NCBI RefSeq assembly: GCF_006345805.1
Contig: NC_043011.1
Location: 43,660,464-43,724,463 of the forward strand
DNA: 64,000 bases
Reading direction: 5' to 3'
Origin: Octopus sinensis
Lineage: Eukaryota
The first letter of the stretch is position 1. Every line of letters starts with the position of its first letter. Below are positions 41,201 to 55,166 of the stretch, one piece after another. The position numbers and the translations under genes were made by a program. A model generated the notes under the pieces. That model saw only the letters and a program-made list of their open reading frames with translations. It searched no databases and was not told the DNA's origin.

Positions 41201-41485
41201 TTGGCCTTCCTGGAATACCTACAAGAGTCATGGGCTATGTCCCTTCATTCAAACTCAGCAAGGAGAAAAAAATATGTGTTCAAGCCTTGTTGACATCTAC
41301 TTTGCCTTTCATTCCTCTGGGGGTTGATAAAATAAAAATGCTTATCCAGAACAGGAGTCAGTGGTGTTAACAAATTGCTTCCCTCAAAACTGAAGGCCTT
41401 TTACCTAAATTAAAAGCCATTATTATCATATTATTAAGTCTTAAATAAGCTTTGTATATACTGTATGTGTGTGTATGTGTATATG

Positions 41486-41516
<31 letters not shown>

Positions 41517-41836
41517 ATGTGTGTATATATATATATAATGGTGGTGCCCCAGCATGGCCGCAGCTTTCGAGCTGAAACATTTTTAAGGATATATATATGC
41601 AGACACACATACAGACATACATGTATATACATACATATATTTATATATTCAATTACACACACATATCTTTCTCTCTGTCTGTCTGTCTATCTCTCTCTAT
41701 ATAGATATGTATGTATGTACATGTGGACACACATAAATACACACACACTCACACACATAAAAACAAAAAAAGTATAGACAACAAGTAGATAGATAGACAA
41801 AAACAGATAACTGACAGACAGGAAGAACCAAAGGTG

Positions 41837-41910
<74 letters not shown>

Positions 41911-42106
41911 TGGGGTGGGGGGGGGTGGGGATGGAGACTGACAGAGATCAGTGAGAAACATGGAGAAGGGGACAGTCAGACAGATAGATATAGACTACAG
42001 AGAGACAAATAGAGTGTTAGACTGAAGCAGACAGAAAGACAGATAAATTAATAGGATATAGACAGACAGACAGACTAACTGACTGACTAGATAGATAGCT
42101 CGATCA

Positions 42107-42166
<60 letters not shown>

Positions 42167-42319
42167 AACGGACAGATAGAAAGATCCAAGGATGGGTTAA
42201 CAAAGAGCTACAAAAAGTGAATCAGTCATTTAAAGGGAAAATAGGAGAGGAGGGGGAAGATGTAGGGGAGAGAGAGAGAGTAGTGTTGTTAGTAAGTGAA
42301 GCTGACATTTTATCAGCAG

Positions 42320-42446
42320 TGGTGAGTCATCAGAAATGGTTCTGGCAGTACTTGGCAGCACACACTGCCGGATTTCCATCTCATACTGGCTTTGTTACAC
42401 AACAAAACCCAATGAACCAATCAAAAACGTCCGAGTGAGTCACGTG
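42320..42446. promoter_or_regulatory. Candidate cis-regulatory motif cluster
   Basis: TGAGTCA twice, CCAAT twice (one AACCAATCA), GTCACGTGG E-box and CCGGAT ETS-like site within about 125 bp of unique sequence. Confidence 0.35.
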
Positions 42447-43767
42447 GACTATTTACTATATCTGCTTGACAAAAGTCCCCACTGTTTTTATGCTGGGATC
42501 GAAATCAGCTGTTTATACAATATAATATCAGCCGCTGTCCCTTTTCTGAAACTCCCTGCAGTTTTAAGCTGGGCTCCATATCAGCTGTTAAACAAATATA
42601 ATTGCAGTTCTGTCCCTTTACACGAACACCTTACTGTTTTTTTTAAAGCTAGGGTTGAAATCAACTGTGATGTAAATATAACTGCTGCTCTGACCCCTTT
42701 CTTAAACTCCCTACGATTTTAACCTAGGGTCAAAATCAGCTGTAATACATATATAACTATAGCTCTATCCCCTTTTTTCTAACTTTCTCTCTATTGTCAG
42801 AGGCCATTTAGTCTGTATAAAATAGCGACTGCACGTCTCTGATCTTGTCAAACTCCCTACTGTCATTAAAATAGGGTCCACATGAACCAGTCAGGGAAAT
42901 TCTATCTTGTCAGTTGACCTTATTTAATATAGTAGTCCCTTATATCTGACCTTTATCAAACGCCTGCCTTTAAAACGGCAGATGAACTTTCAACAATAAT
43001 GATGACAATGGCAACAGCTTCATCGACACTGCAGCCAATACCAACATGACCATCACCACTAAAACTGCTGTGACATCAACACTAACAACAATTCTGCCAC
43101 CTCGAAGACACTACCACCGACACAACCACAACTACCACTGTCGTCACTACCACCAACACTGTCATTGTCATCAACACTTCATTACCACTACCACCTCCAG
43201 CAGTTCTTCCACGACCACCACAACCATGCCAACAATGCCATCAACTTCAGGGTTACCATCACCACCACCACCACCACCATCATCAATATCATCACCGCCA
43301 ACACCATCACCCCCCCACCACCAACAATTCCAGCATCACCACCGCCACCACTACCACCACTACCACCACTGACATCACCACCACCTCCAAAACCATCACC
43401 GCCACCGACAGCAACTGTCCTATCATGGAATCTTCCACACCACCATCACCCCCACCCCAGCTACAATAACAACACCAACAACATAAAGATCTGTCATTGC
43501 ACAGAAATATCCTCAAGTGTTGTGCATGTCAGTTCTTATTTCAATAGAATTTATCAGAAAAGGTTGGGATTTCATGTATATATATATATATATATATATA
43601 CATATGTGTGTGTATGCATGTGTGTACATACATATGCACACACACATACGTGTGTATATATTAAACTGTTATAGGTATGCAAAACAAGACAGGATGGACA
43701 CATCAGTATATATATGTATGCATGTAAGTATGTGTATGATGTGTGAGAGAGGTAGTCAATTCATATA

Positions 43768-43802
<35 letters not shown>

Positions 43803-44386
43803 GCACATTCTCATACATATGTATATATATATGTGTATGTATTTATGAATATGTATGTATATCTATATCTATCTATCTATCTGATTCTCTCCCTCTCTCT
43901 GTATATATATATATATACCGGAGTAAATACATAAATGTGAAACAAGGTGGAAAAAAGAGTACTCAAATTTAAAGCAGCAGAAAATTCGACAAAACCTGTT
44001 ACTCTGAGTTTCCTGTTGCCGTTCATCGGAGAGTTTTTGCTAGAATGGAACTGATATGTCAATTCTATCCAGACTATACAAAATGGGACAAGAACGCAAA
44101 ACATCCAAATAGACGATACACAAAACACGGATGGGTCATTCGATGCCTTTAATCTTCAGTCAAGAACCGATCATCTTTGCAATTTCGGCTGATTAATCTT
44201 GAGATTGCTCCAATCTGGCCAGCCCCAAGGAAAAACTAAGCTAAGAGCATTAGATTCCTTGGAAAAAGGATCGAATGTATACGAAACAAGGACAGAAAAA
44301 TGGACGATGTTACATGAATATAAATACAAAAAAAAAACCAAACAAACAAAAATACGAATATAAATACAAAAAACAATAATAAAAAA

Positions 44387-44433
<47 letters not shown>

Positions 44434-44444
44434 TATATATATTC

Positions 44445-44800
44445 TTTTCTTTTACTTGTTTCAGTCATTTGACTGTGGCCATACTGTAGTACTGCCTTTA
44501 GTTGAACATTTCTTTGTAAGCCTTCTCTTTTGCCGAGCCACTAATTAATGGGGACGTAAATACACTAATAGTGGTTGTCAAGCAATGACAGGGTGACAAA
44601 CACAGACACACAAATACACACACACACACATATGCGACGGGCTTCTTTCAGTTTCTGTCTACCAAATCCACTCTCAAGGCTTGGGTCGGCCCAAGGCTAT
44701 AGTAGAAGACACACTTGACCAAGGTGTCATGCAGTGGAACTGAACCTGGAGCTATGTGGTTGGGAAGCAAGCTTCTTACCACACAGCCATGCCCGTGCCT
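44445..44800 (-). mobile_element. SINE family A
   Basis: Reverse-complement match with internal deletions. Confidence 0.85.
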
Positions 44801-45291
44801 ATATATATATATATATATCCTCCCCCTCATCATCATCATCCTCATCATCATCATCGTTTAATGTCCGCTTTGTATGCTGGTATGGGGTGGACGATTTGAC
44901 TGAGGTCTGGCAAACCAGGTGGCTGCACCAAGCTCCAGTCTGATCTGGCAGAGATTCTAAAGATGGATGCCCCTCCTAATGCCAAGCACTCCAAGACTGT
45001 AGTGGGTGCTTTTACGTGTCACCGGCATGAGGGCCAGTCAGGCGGTACTGGCAACGGCCACGCTCAAATGGTGTTTTTTATGTGCCACCTGCACAGGAGC
45101 CAGTTCAGCGGCACTGGCAACGACCTTGCTCCAATAATTTTTTCATGTGCTAGTAAGGTGACGCCGGTAGTGATCACGCTCGAATGGTGCTTTTTATGTC
45201 AGCTGCTCTGGCAATGATCTTGCTTGAATGGTGCATTTAACGCTCCACTAACACGGATGCCAGTCATGAGGTGCTGTCACTGAACTTGATT

Positions 45292-45322
<31 letters not shown>

Positions 45323-45388
45323 CAAATGATAAATCTCAGAGCGAGTATTTGTGAAGGGATCTGACTTCTCATCGACAACCATGATTGT

Positions 45389-45432
45389 CACACGCTGATG
45401 AAAGGTAAACACCTTGAAACTCGGTACGTGTG
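45389..45432 (+). ncRNA. Minimal type I hammerhead ribozyme motif, intact
   Basis: cacacg-CTGATGA-aaggt(aaac)acctt-GAAAC-tcg-GTA|cgtgtg: 6-bp stem I, 5-bp stem II, 2-bp stem III, complete core, GUA cleavage triplet. Confidence 0.75.
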
Positions 45433-45972
45433 TATCATGGTTTGAAGACGGGGAGGATGATCCCTTCACAATACTGACAGGACACAGATAGTGGTGTCTA
45501 TGCCAGCTGGAGGCTTTCTTCCTGGGGCTACAAACTATAGTAGCTTCCACCCTTATGGGTTAGCCATATTCAAATGGCATATGTGCATATATATATATTA
45601 TATATATATATATACACATTTATATACATATATATTTATATGCATATATAAAAAAAAATGGCACTCTGTCAGTTACAACAATGAAGGTTCCAGTGCATTC
45701 AGTCAATGGAACAGCCTGGTAGTGAAATTAATATGCAAGTGGCTGAGCACTCCACAGACATGTGTACTCTTAACGTAGTTCTTGTGGGGATGGGGATTTA
45801 GTGCAACACAGAATGTGACAAGGCTGGCCCTTTGGAATATAGGTACAACTCATTTTTGCAATCTGAGTTGACTGGAGCAACATGAAATAAAGTGTCTTGC
45901 TCAAGGACACAAACATATGTATATGCCCTTTTGACTAAGATCAAAGTGTAGTACATATGTGTATATATATAT

Positions 45973-46004
<32 letters not shown>

Positions 46005-46009
46005 AATAT

Positions 46010-46401
46010 CCCCGTGCTGGTGGCACATAAAAAGCACCATCCGAATGTCATTGATGCCAGTCTCCTTGCCCTGACTGGCTCCTGTGCTGGTGGCACATAA
46101 AAAAGCACCATCTGAACATGGCCGATGCCAGTGCCGCTTTGTCTGGTTCCCGTGCTGGTGGCACATAAAAGCACTGTCCAAATGTGGTCAATGCCAGCTC
46201 CCTCTGGTTCCTGTGCCGGTGGCACATAAAAGATACCCACTACACTCTAGGAGTGGTTGACATTAGGAAGGGCATCCAGCTGTAGAAACACTGCCAGATC
46301 AGATTGGAACCTGGTGCTGCCTCCTGGCTTCCCAGACACCAGTCAAACTGTCCAACCCATGCCACTATGGAAAACAGACGGTAAACGATGATGATGATAA
46401 G

Positions 46402-46454
<53 letters not shown>

Positions 46455-46710
46455 TCATCATCATTTAGCGTCCGCTTTCCATGCTAGCATGGGTTGGACG
46501 GTTCAGCTGGGGTCTGGGAAGCCAGAAGGCTGCATCAGGCCCAGTCTGATCTGGCAGTGTAGTGGGTGCTTTTTACGTGCCACCTGCACAGGTGCCAGAC
46601 GGGGCTGGCAAATGGCCATGAACGGATGGTGCATTTTACGTGCCACCGGCACAGGGGCCAGGCTAGGCTGGAAATGGCCACGATTGGATGGTGCTTTTTA
46701 CGTGCCATCA
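46010..46710. mobile_element. Tail-to-tail pair of family C repeats with a (GAT)n tail; other copies at about 5630-6110, 12968-13145, 33855-34230, 37120-37345, 37810-38030, 39330-39500, 44830-45270, 50130-50350, 56150-56420
   Basis: ggagtggttgg..ttaggaagggcatccagctgtagaa..ggaaagcggacgttaaacgatgatgat shared; internal tandem subrepeats of about 60 bp. Confidence 0.85.
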
Positions 46711-47182
46711 ATTGTGAAACATAACTGTCACCACTACTATATGAATATGAAGATTACTTAGTTTAATGCATTGTAAGTAGGAGTTCAATCAGAATGGATA
46801 TTCAATATTCTATTGTTTCATTATATTTTATTATCTTGTATTATCATAAGATTGTAAATAAAATGAGAAAATCAAATAAAGTTGCAGTTTTTTTGAGTAA
46901 TATATTCTTCTATACACAATCATATACACCCACATGTATATATATATATATACACACACACATATATATACATATATAGTCAGTCCAAAGAAGAACAAGC
47001 AAGAAAAAACAACGTGAGGGCATGGTACAAGTACTGTGTTATTGGACGCTCAGTAAAGGAAAGAAAAGAAAGAGGATTTCACATTTCAACAAGCGAGCTC
47101 TTCATCAGGAATATAGAAAAAAGTCCAAAGAAGGGAAGACGGAGAAAGAAAATCGCCAACGATACACATGTGGTCACATATA

Positions 47183-47236
<54 letters not shown>

Positions 47237-47821
47237 ATATATATATATATTAATCCAAACAAGAAAGCACAAAAAAAAACACAATGACGTGAGGACGTGG
47301 AATGAATACAGTATTATTGGACCGCTCAGGAAAGAAGGCGGGTTTAGCGTTTCGAGCGAGCTCTTTGTCGGAAACATAGGAGAAGGAAAGGTCCAGAGAA
47401 GGGAAGACAGAGGAAAAAAAATCGCCAACGGTACAAACGCTGTCACATTTTGAATGTATATATATATATACACACACATATAGATGTTTATATATATGTG
47501 TATACATGTAAATGGGTAGCTTTGTGGTAGAAAAGCCTTCCAACCAAGGAGAATGTTGGCCTGCTTGCTTAGCCAGTGGGATGACATCATTTGAAAGTTA
47601 AAACAACATGAAGCACATTGTGACCAGTGATGTATAACACGTTCCAGTTGTTTGGTCAATATCATGATACTGTGACATACATATAAATATCTGTATAGCA
47701 TTATATATCCATCATGGCCAGTGTTTCCAATTGGTTTCGCACTAGGTGTACAACAGAGTGTTAGGTAGCAATCCGATTATATAACCCTATGCTCATCAGA
47801 GCATCTGTGTGTGCATGTGTA

Positions 47822-47859
<38 letters not shown>

Positions 47860-48033
47860 ATGCATATGTGTATACAAAATATGTGTGTATATATTCATAT
47901 ATACATGTGTGTGTGTGTGTATATGAATATATATAAATATAGATGTATATGTATGTATGTATATATATATGTGTGTATGTGTGTGCATATATCTGTATAT
48001 GTACAAAAATATATGTGTGCATATATAAATATA

Positions 48034-48064
<31 letters not shown>

Positions 48065-49525
48065 GTGTGTATATATGTATATATAGCTTATTCTGCTTTG
48101 CACGTCTTTTCCAACTCTTCCTCCCCCTCCTCAAGCAACTCAATTTTCTTTACTTTGTTACTGTTTTTGTTGTTGTTGTTGCTGCTGCTGCCAACTACGT
48201 CTTCAAGTATTCTCTCCCCAGACTTGAAAAATTCTTTACACTGGTGCATTTAGTGCTGTTGCCACTACTACTACTATTACTACTACTGCCACCACCACCA
48301 CCATCACCACTACTACAACTCCTACCACTGCTGCTGCTACTATCACTGCTGCCAACAATAATTACCAGTGGGGGTGCTCGACTGATAACATGTGTTATTA
48401 AAATACAAATTACATGCACACACGTACACACACATACACACATATCTCCATACACACACATCACATACACAACACACACACACACATATACAAGTACCAT
48501 CAAAGATAAACATACAGACATACATACACACATATATGCATACACATACATAAGCACCATCACAGGCACAAAACACACATTTATATACACAGATACATAC
48601 ATGCATACTTTCACACTCACACACACACAAGCACATACATGCATACAATAATACACACGTATACTTACACACATACAACCACTGACACAAACGCATAAAC
48701 ACATATGCAAACATATTGACTCTTACATTCACACACACGTAGGCACTAAGAATCATACACACACACACACACACACATCCACATAGTACACATATATTGA
48801 TGCATTCTTAAGACATACATGTACTTACGCATACACATACAAGCATTAATTGACACACAAACACATATACACACACACACACCACACAAACACTTATATT
48901 CACACATGCTTATACCTACACGGATATACACATACATTTGTATACACTTACACACATCTACTTGGACAAGCACTTACAAATACACATGTACGCACACCAC
49001 ACACACACACACACACATACACACACATACACACACATGCAGACAAAAACAAAACTCGTATAAGGAGGAGCCAAAAATCTTCTCATGCTCCCACCCCCCT
49101 CCCTAATCCCCTCCATTGTTGTTGTTGTTGCTTCTATTGTTGTTTAAAAATAACTCTGCTCACAAATTCCCACATTATTACATCTCAATCTGGCTTTCTA
49201 GACTGTGCGTGTGTATGTGGTGTGGTGTGTGTGTGTGTGTGTGTGTGTGTATACATACGTTTATATATGTGTAGATATATATTATTTTATTCTATTACTT
49301 GTTTCAGTCAATTGACTGTGGCCATGCTGGGACACTGCCTTTAAGTCGAAAAAAATCTATTCTTTGCAAGCCTGGTGCTTATTCTGTCTTTTTGCTGAAC
49401 TGTTAAGTTACAGGGATGTAAACACACCAACACCAGTTGTCAGGTGATGGTGGCTAGACAAACACAGACACAAAGACACACACACATATGTATGTGTGTG
49501 TGTATATATATTTATATACATATAT

Positions 49526-49563
<38 letters not shown>

Positions 49564-50352
49564 ATGTAATAATAATAATAATAATAATAATAACAATAAT
49601 AACAATAATAATATTAGGAAGTATAACTCCAAACTTACAGGGAAAAATTCAATTTAGTATTAAATCAAATTTCACAATATAAATATATAATATATATAAA
49701 TTAGAGAAAAACCACTATTATGTAATTCAAACAATGATAGATGTAAAACATACCATATAGAGAAAATAAAATATATTATAAAACATATAACTAGATCACA
49801 AAAAGTACAAAAAATGAATAAACAATATATAATAAGTAAAATGACTATGTATGTTTCGTTGCTATAACTTCAATTCGAATTACAATTAAATTTAAATTTA
49901 ATCTATCATTGTTTGAATTACATAATAATATATATATCTTTCAGCCTCATCACCATTATCATTTAACATCCGTTTTTCCATGCTGGTATGGGTTAGATGG
50001 CTTAACTGGAACTGGTAAGCTAGAGAGCTGCACCAGGTTTCAGTCTGCTTTGGCTTGGTTCCTACAGGTTTTCTTTCTTCAGTCAAGCACCAGATTATCC
50101 TCACAATTTCGCTGATATATATATATATATATATCATCATCATCGTTTAATATCCGCTTTCCATGCTAGCATCGGTTGGACGATTTTGACTGAGGGCTGC
50201 ACCAGGCTCCAATCTTGATCTGGCAGAGTTTCTACAGCTGGATGCCCTTCCTAACACCAACCACTCCGAGAGTGTAGTGGGTGCTTTTTACGTGCCACCA
50301 GCCTGGGGGCCAGTCAGGCAGTACTGGCAATGACCTCACTCGCGGTACTGGC

Positions 50353-50399
<47 letters not shown>

Positions 50400-50899
50400 G
50401 GTGTGTGTGTCTGTGTTTGTTCCCCCCAACATTGCTTGACAACCGATGTTGGTGTGTTTACATCTCTGTAACTTAGTGGTTCAGCAAAAGAACCGATAGA
50501 ATAAGAACTTGGCTTACAAATAATAAGTCCTAGGGTCGATTTGTTTGACTAAAGGTGGTACTCCAGCATGGCTACAATCAAATGACTGAAACAAATAAAC
50601 GAATATATACATGGCTGTTTCTGTCTACCAAATCCACTCACAAGGTTTTGGTCGGCCCGAGGCTATAGTTGCCCAAGGTGCCATGTAGTGGAACTGAAAC
50701 CAAAACCTTGTGGTTGGGAAGGAAGTGTCTTACACACAGCCATGCCCATCCCCATCTACCTTTATTATAATTAAATATTATTGGGAACTGTATTAAAAAA
50801 AACTGTTATAATATTGTACAAGTGTAACCAATTTATTCCATGTAAATTTTAACAACAAAAGCTGGTATGGCCCCTGGTTGACAATCAATGGTTAAATGT

Positions 50900-50960
50900 A
50901 ATGATCTTGGCTACTAACACACGTGTTTGTGTGCGTGCATGAATGAGTGTGTGTGTGTGG

Positions 50961-50996
<36 letters not shown>

Positions 50997-52250
50997 TAGT
51001 GTGTATGTGTGTGCACTGTGGTTGTGTGTGTGGGTGTGTCTGTGACTGTGGGTGTGTGCAAACGAGCATGCTTGTGGATGTGTGAGTGTGTGTGTGTTGT
51101 GTGCATGCATGTGTGTGAGTGAGTATGTGTCTGCGTGTATGTGTATGTATGTGCATCTGTGTGTGTGATATGAGTGTATGTGTGCATATGTGCATGTCTG
51201 TGTGTGAGTGTGTGCATGTGCGTGTACATGCATGTATTCATGTGTGTGTGTGTGTGATAGTGTGTATGTGTGTACACTGTGGTTGTGTGTGTGGGTGGGT
51301 GTCTGTGACTGGGTGTGTGCAAACGAACATGTTTGTGGATGTATGTGTGTGTGTGATGTGAGTGTGTGTGTGCATGCATATGTGTGTGAGTGTATGGGTC
51401 TCTGTGTATGTGTATGTATGTGCGTGTGTGTGTGATGTGAGTGCGTATGTATGTATGTATGTGTGCATATGTATATGTGTGTGTGTGTGATGCTTGTGTC
51501 TGTGTGAGTGTGTGCGTGTACATGCATGTATTCATGTTGTGTGTGTGTGTGTGCATGTTTGTGTGATAGTGTGTATGTGTGTACATTGGTTGTGTGCGTG
51601 GGTGTGTCTGTGACTGTGGGTGTGTGCAAACGAACATGTTTGTGGATGAATGTGTGTGTGTGTGTGCATGCTTATGTGTGTGAGTGTATGGGTCTGTGTG
51701 TATGTATGTGTATGTACATGTGTGTGTGATGTGAGTGTGTATATGTGCACGTGCATGTACATGTGTGTATTTGTGTGTGTGTGTGAGTGTGTGAATGTGT
51801 GTGTGCATGTACATGTGTATGTGTGTGTGTGTAATATTTAGGATTGGAAATAAGTGTGTGTGTGTGTGCATGTTTGTGTGATAGTGTGTATGTGTGTACA
51901 CTGGTTGTGTGCGTGGGTGTGTCTGTGACTGTGGGTGTGTGCAAACGAACATGTTTGTGGATGTGTGTGTGTGTAAGTGTGTGTTCATGCATATGTGTGT
52001 GAGTGTATGGGTCTGTTTGTATGTGTATGTATGTGTGTGTGTGGGTGTGATGTGAGTGCGTATGTGTGTGTGCGTATGTGCATGTGTGTGCATGATGCTT
52101 GTGTCTGTATGTGAGTGTGTGCATGTACATGTACATGTGTGTATTTATGTGTGTGTGTGTGTGTGAGTATGTGAATGTGTGTGTGCATGTGCAAGTGTAT
52201 ATGTGTGTGTGTGTGTGTGTGTGTAATATTTAGGATTGGAAATATGAAAC
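50900..52250. repeat. Complex (TG)-rich satellite with higher-order units of about 260-315 bp
   Basis: Landmark gtgcaaacgaacatgtttgtggatg at about 51055, 51315, 51622 and 51937. Confidence 0.85.
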
Positions 52251-52454
52251 AGGTTTGAATTTTTACTGTAGATGTGACACAAATGAAGATAATTAACTAG
52301 AAACACAAACATACACACACATACATACATACATACATACATACATACATACACACACACATACATACATACACACACACATACATACATACATACACAC
52401 GCACATACATACATACATACATACATACATACATACATACACACACACATACAT

Positions 52455-52485
<31 letters not shown>

Positions 52486-52561
52486 TACATACATACATAC
52501 ATACATGTATATATATATTTATCTGTGTATTTACTTTTATAAGTACATCTCCATGTATTTG

Positions 52562-52600
<39 letters not shown>

Positions 52601-54380
52601 ACATAATGTATGTATTTATCAACCACACTTTCACACACTCACACACACACGCTTACATAGACATACACCTACATACACACATTAAAACTCACACAGTACT
52701 GGTAATTATGCTGAGTGACGACAAGACAGGGTTTGTTGTTGTTGCTGTTGTTGTTGTTGTTGGCTTTAGTACTTACTTTTTTTTTTGTATCAATTGCTTG
52801 TGAAGTTAGTTATCTTTGGTATACAAGCAGTCGAGTTTAGTACTTGAGAGAGCGAGAATGGGAAGTGAGAGGAAGAGAGAGAGAGAGAAAGTTAGAATGA
52901 GAGATAGAAAGAGAGAGAGATAGAAATATAGAAGAATTAAGAGAGAGAGAGAGTTAGAAAGAGACGGGGAAAGAGAAAGAGAGAGGCTAAGCTGGTATTT
53001 TTACTGTGGGATTAGATTGAAAAGGTAAGCAACTTTCTCTCTCTCTCTCTTTCTCTTTCTCTCTGCCCCCTTGGGGAAATATTTTGTCCCTTTCTGTAGA
53101 AATCCTCCATAATTTAAAATTTATAAACAGGATCCTGTCCTCAGAAGCATTCCCATTCTGTTTCAAATATTTCTCTTTTATCTTCTCCTCTACTCAATAA
53201 CTAAGTCTTGTGCAATTCTTTACTCCTTCCTTGCTTGTTGGAGCCCACCGCCACCGTCACCACCACCACTCTTTGACAAGTATTTCTCTTCTAGTTTTGA
53301 TTTGTATAACTTCAACAACAACAACAACAGAATCCCCTAAAATATAAACCTTTATTTTCATGAACTCCTTATCCCAAAGTTGTTGTTGTTGTTGTTCTCA
53401 TGGCACTTCCAGTTAGAAAATGTGACCCAAGAAAGCTATTTTTGGTGTATTTCTTAACGATAAGAATCTCTCAGCTGTAAAACGATACTTCGTTTTTGTG
53501 TGTGTAAACATGTGTGATCGCACAAACTGTCTGAACTTCTGCATTTTAGCTTTCTTGGAAATCTCTGCCTGCCTGCCTGCATATCTGTCAGTCTGTCTGT
53601 CAGCCTGTCTGTTTGCCTTGCCTGTGTGTCTGTCAGTCTGTCTGTCTGCCTGTCTGCTTGCCTTGACTGCGTGTCTGTCAGTCTGTCTGTCTGTCTGTCT
53701 GTCTGTTGTAGTTTTTACCATTCTTAGTTTGGATATAAATGTATCCTTAGTTAAAATGTATTCAGGATTCTAACGGTTGTTGTTATTGTTGCTGCTGCTG
53801 ATGCTGTTATTGTTGTTGTTGATGTTTAGCTTTCATTTCAACACTGACTGAGCAAACTATAACCAAAGACATTCCAGCTATGATAACCATCCAATCCTTC
53901 TTTCAGGAATTGTGTATCTAGAACTATATTATCCAATGTGTCCCTTGTTGATATGGTCAGAATATTCTTTGAGGGTTATTTGACTTCTCCCTCTAGCAGG
54001 TGGTGCTACCACATACATATATAGCTATTCCCACATTGGTAATCATCTGATCTGAGGTAGTTATCTTCATGTCATGAATTCTTGTGGTATTCTTCAATTA
54101 GGGTCACTGCCTGCTGCCGACATACTTTTCCAGTTCCAATATGTGTCATTGTAACACCTAAACAATCTTTAGTTTTTATGAATGTCTTATTGCTATAACT
54201 ACTTCCAGTTGCATCAATGTGTCTCTGGGGAATGTCCCCTATATTTTGTATTTCATACAAAGGGCCCAGCATGTTATAACAATGCCTCCTCCACTTCAGA
54301 TATTTGTGTTTTCAACAGGGATGTATTTTTTGGTATCCTTTTAGAAGTTAAAGGAAATCTGGTCTCTTGGAACTACACCT

Positions 54381-54890
54381 AGTTTATATACTTGGAATTC
54401 GCATCATCAGTTTGGAATCCCTATCTTGCTCAGAACATTGACCTCCTGGAATCTGTCCAGAGACGTGCAACCAAACGCATACCCTCCATCAGACACCTAC
54501 CATATTCTGAGCGCCTTGTTTCCCTGGGCATGGATTCACTGAAGCTCCGGCGTCTAGCGACGGACTTGGTAAATACCCACAAGGTTATCAACCACCTCAC
54601 CAACAACAACACTGAACACCTTTTTGATCTCCATGTGTCTAACACACGTGGACATGCCTACAAAGTCAGAAAACAGCACAGCTCCCATGACTTTCGGAAA
54701 CATTTTTTCACGCTCAGGGTTGCTGAAGCGTGGAATAAACTGCCTGCATCAGTTGTTGACTGCCATGACACTGCATCCTTTAAGGCCCTCATGCTTCCCG
54801 AAATCTGTCGAAACTACACCTGATTATATATACACTTTAGATGAGTTGTAGTGCACCTGAGCACTGTACACAATTATTATTATTATTATA
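54381..54890 (+). mobile_element. CR1/L2/Jockey-group LINE 3' end, 5'-truncated
   Basis: Uninterrupted ORF LEFASSVWNPY..LLESVQRRATKRI..YSERL..LKLRRL..TRGHAYK..RKHFFTLRVAEAWNKLP, followed by a short 3' UTR and an (ATT)n tail. Confidence 0.9.
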
Positions 54891-54920
54891 CATCTGAATT
54901 CTTAGAAAAAATATATATAT

Positions 54921-55103
54921 ATATATTAGAAGAAATGAGGTAATCAGAAGATCGGATGGTTCATATTTACAGATATTTATTTATACATTACATTTTTTAC
55001 ATATATATCATATCATTCAGATCATTAGCTGTTAATATATAAATAAATATCTGTAAATATGAACCATCCGATCTTCTGATTACCTCATTTCTTCTAATAT
55101 ATA
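54921..55103. repeat. MITE-like inverted repeat with arms of about 64 bp
   Basis: tatattagaagaaatgaggtaatcag..ttata versus its exact reverse complement; a half-copy lies at about 6535-6590. Confidence 0.9.
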
Positions 55104-55131
55104 ATACCTGTACATCATCTCCAAACCTTCC

Positions 55132-55166
<35 letters not shown>

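Noticed and set aside
48085-48250. Protein-like short ORFs (MHQCKEFFKSGERILEDV.. on minus; poly-Leu on plus)
   Set aside because: Built around a triplet-repeat mosaic, with no consistent splice pair or recognisable family.
54000-54370. Possible transposase or LINE relic on the minus strand
   Set aside because: Only a weak GGGIVI..WA resemblance, with multiple stops; cannot be assigned.
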